Part shown: positions 63,238-64,000 of the stretch, piece after piece
How positions within the stretch are numbered: position 1 is the stretch's first letter
Layout of the letters: every line of letters starts with the position of its first letter
DNA from: Gammaproteobacteria bacterium
GTDB lineage: Bacteria > Pseudomonadota > Gammaproteobacteria > Ga0077554 > Ga007554
NCBI GenBank assembly: GCA_021731145.1
Contig: JAKFXX010000026.1
Location: forward strand, 11,196 to 75,195
DNA: 64,000 nt
Reading direction: 5' to 3'
Made by a program: the position numbers and the translations under genes
Notes under the pieces: generated by a model
What the model saw: only the letters and a program-made list of their open reading frames with translations
Told to the model about the DNA's origin: nothing
Databases searched by the model: none

Positions 63238-64000
63238 TGAACTCATCTCTCGATCTGGCCCCTTATGCCGCCGTCCCTGACCGTTCGCGCGGGCGGCGCT
63301 TCTCCGAACCGTCACCCACCTATCGCAGCGAATACCAGCGCGACCGCGACCGCATCGTCCACTCTGCGGCGTTCCGTCGCCTTGAATACAAGACCCAGGT
63401 ATTCGTCAACCACGAGGGCGACATGTTCCGCACGCGCTTGACGCACTCCATCGAAGTGGCGCAGATCGGCCGCTCCATCGCGCGCGTGCTGCGGCTCCAC
63501 GAGGATCTCGTCGAGGCCATCGCACTGGCACACGACGTGGGCCACACTCCCTTCGGCCACGCCGGGCAGGATGCGCTCAATCACTGCATGGGCGAATACG
63601 GCGGTTTCGAGCACAACCTGCAATCGTTGCGCGTGGTGGACGAGCTTGAGGAAAAATACGCCGAATTTCCCGGCCTGAACCTCACCTTCGAAACGCGCGA
63701 GGGCATCCTCAAGCACTGTTCGCCGCGCAAGGCTGCGGAGCTGGGAGAAGTCGGGCAGCGCTTTCTGGACAAGCAACAGCCCGGCCTGGAGGCGCAACTC
63801 GCCAACCTGGCGGACGAGATCGCCTACAACAATCATGATGTAGACGACGGGCTGCGCGCCGGATTGATCGACGTAGCACAGTTGTGCGAGGTAACAGCGT
63901 TCCGCGAGCAGTATGCGACTGTCAAAAACACCTACCCTGATCTACCCGAGCGGCGCACCATACACGAGGTGGTGCGGCGCATGATCAACCGCCAGGTGAT
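63238..64000 (+). CDS. dgt: dGTPase-like HD-domain phosphohydrolase (Dgt), 5' part; the gene runs off the window end
   Basis: Manual translation gives [56 protein letters not shown]...[14 protein letters not shown]...[11 protein letters not shown], with an HD motif. Conserved aroK-aroB-dgt synteny. Confidence 0.75.

Overview
This is a high-GC (about 62-65%) proteobacterial chromosomal segment, probably betaproteobacterial, made up mostly of housekeeping operons. In order along the window: (1) a urea uptake locus on the minus strand, ureD(partial)-urtEDCBA with a porin gene upstream; (2) rph-rdgB, a PBP7-like endopeptidase, hemW, serB, an ArsC-family gene and apaG; (3) two M16 peptidase genes divergent from ftsYEX-rpoH; (4) an HME-RND metal efflux operon ordered czcI-like/czcC/czcB/czcA/DUF3240; (5) metH, a zinc metallopeptidase, several lipoprotein genes, a stand-alone ATP sulfurylase (sat), an ankyrin-repeat protein and a PfkB kinase; (6) an eight-gene plus-strand operon with slightly lower GC: a secreted coiled-coil protein, a 481-aa periplasmic TPR protein, a 1064-aa TPR lipoprotein, an 89-aa secreted protein, then ExbB-ExbD-ExbD-TonB. 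This is the best candidate for an uncharacterised envelope-spanning, proton-motive-force-driven system; (7) dgkA, then a glycine cleavage operon of unusual composition on the minus strand: tandem glycine riboswitch - lipA - gcvT - gcvH - palindromic repeat - gcvPA - tpx - gcvPB; (8) a PAS-GGDEF-EAL signalling protein, fbpA-fbpB iron uptake genes with a near-perfect Fur box, an Ig-like-repeat lipoprotein, then aroK-aroB-dgt(partial). No CRISPR, rRNA, tRNA, transposase or integrase genes were seen. Many long antisense ORFs in the track are high-GC frame artefacts.
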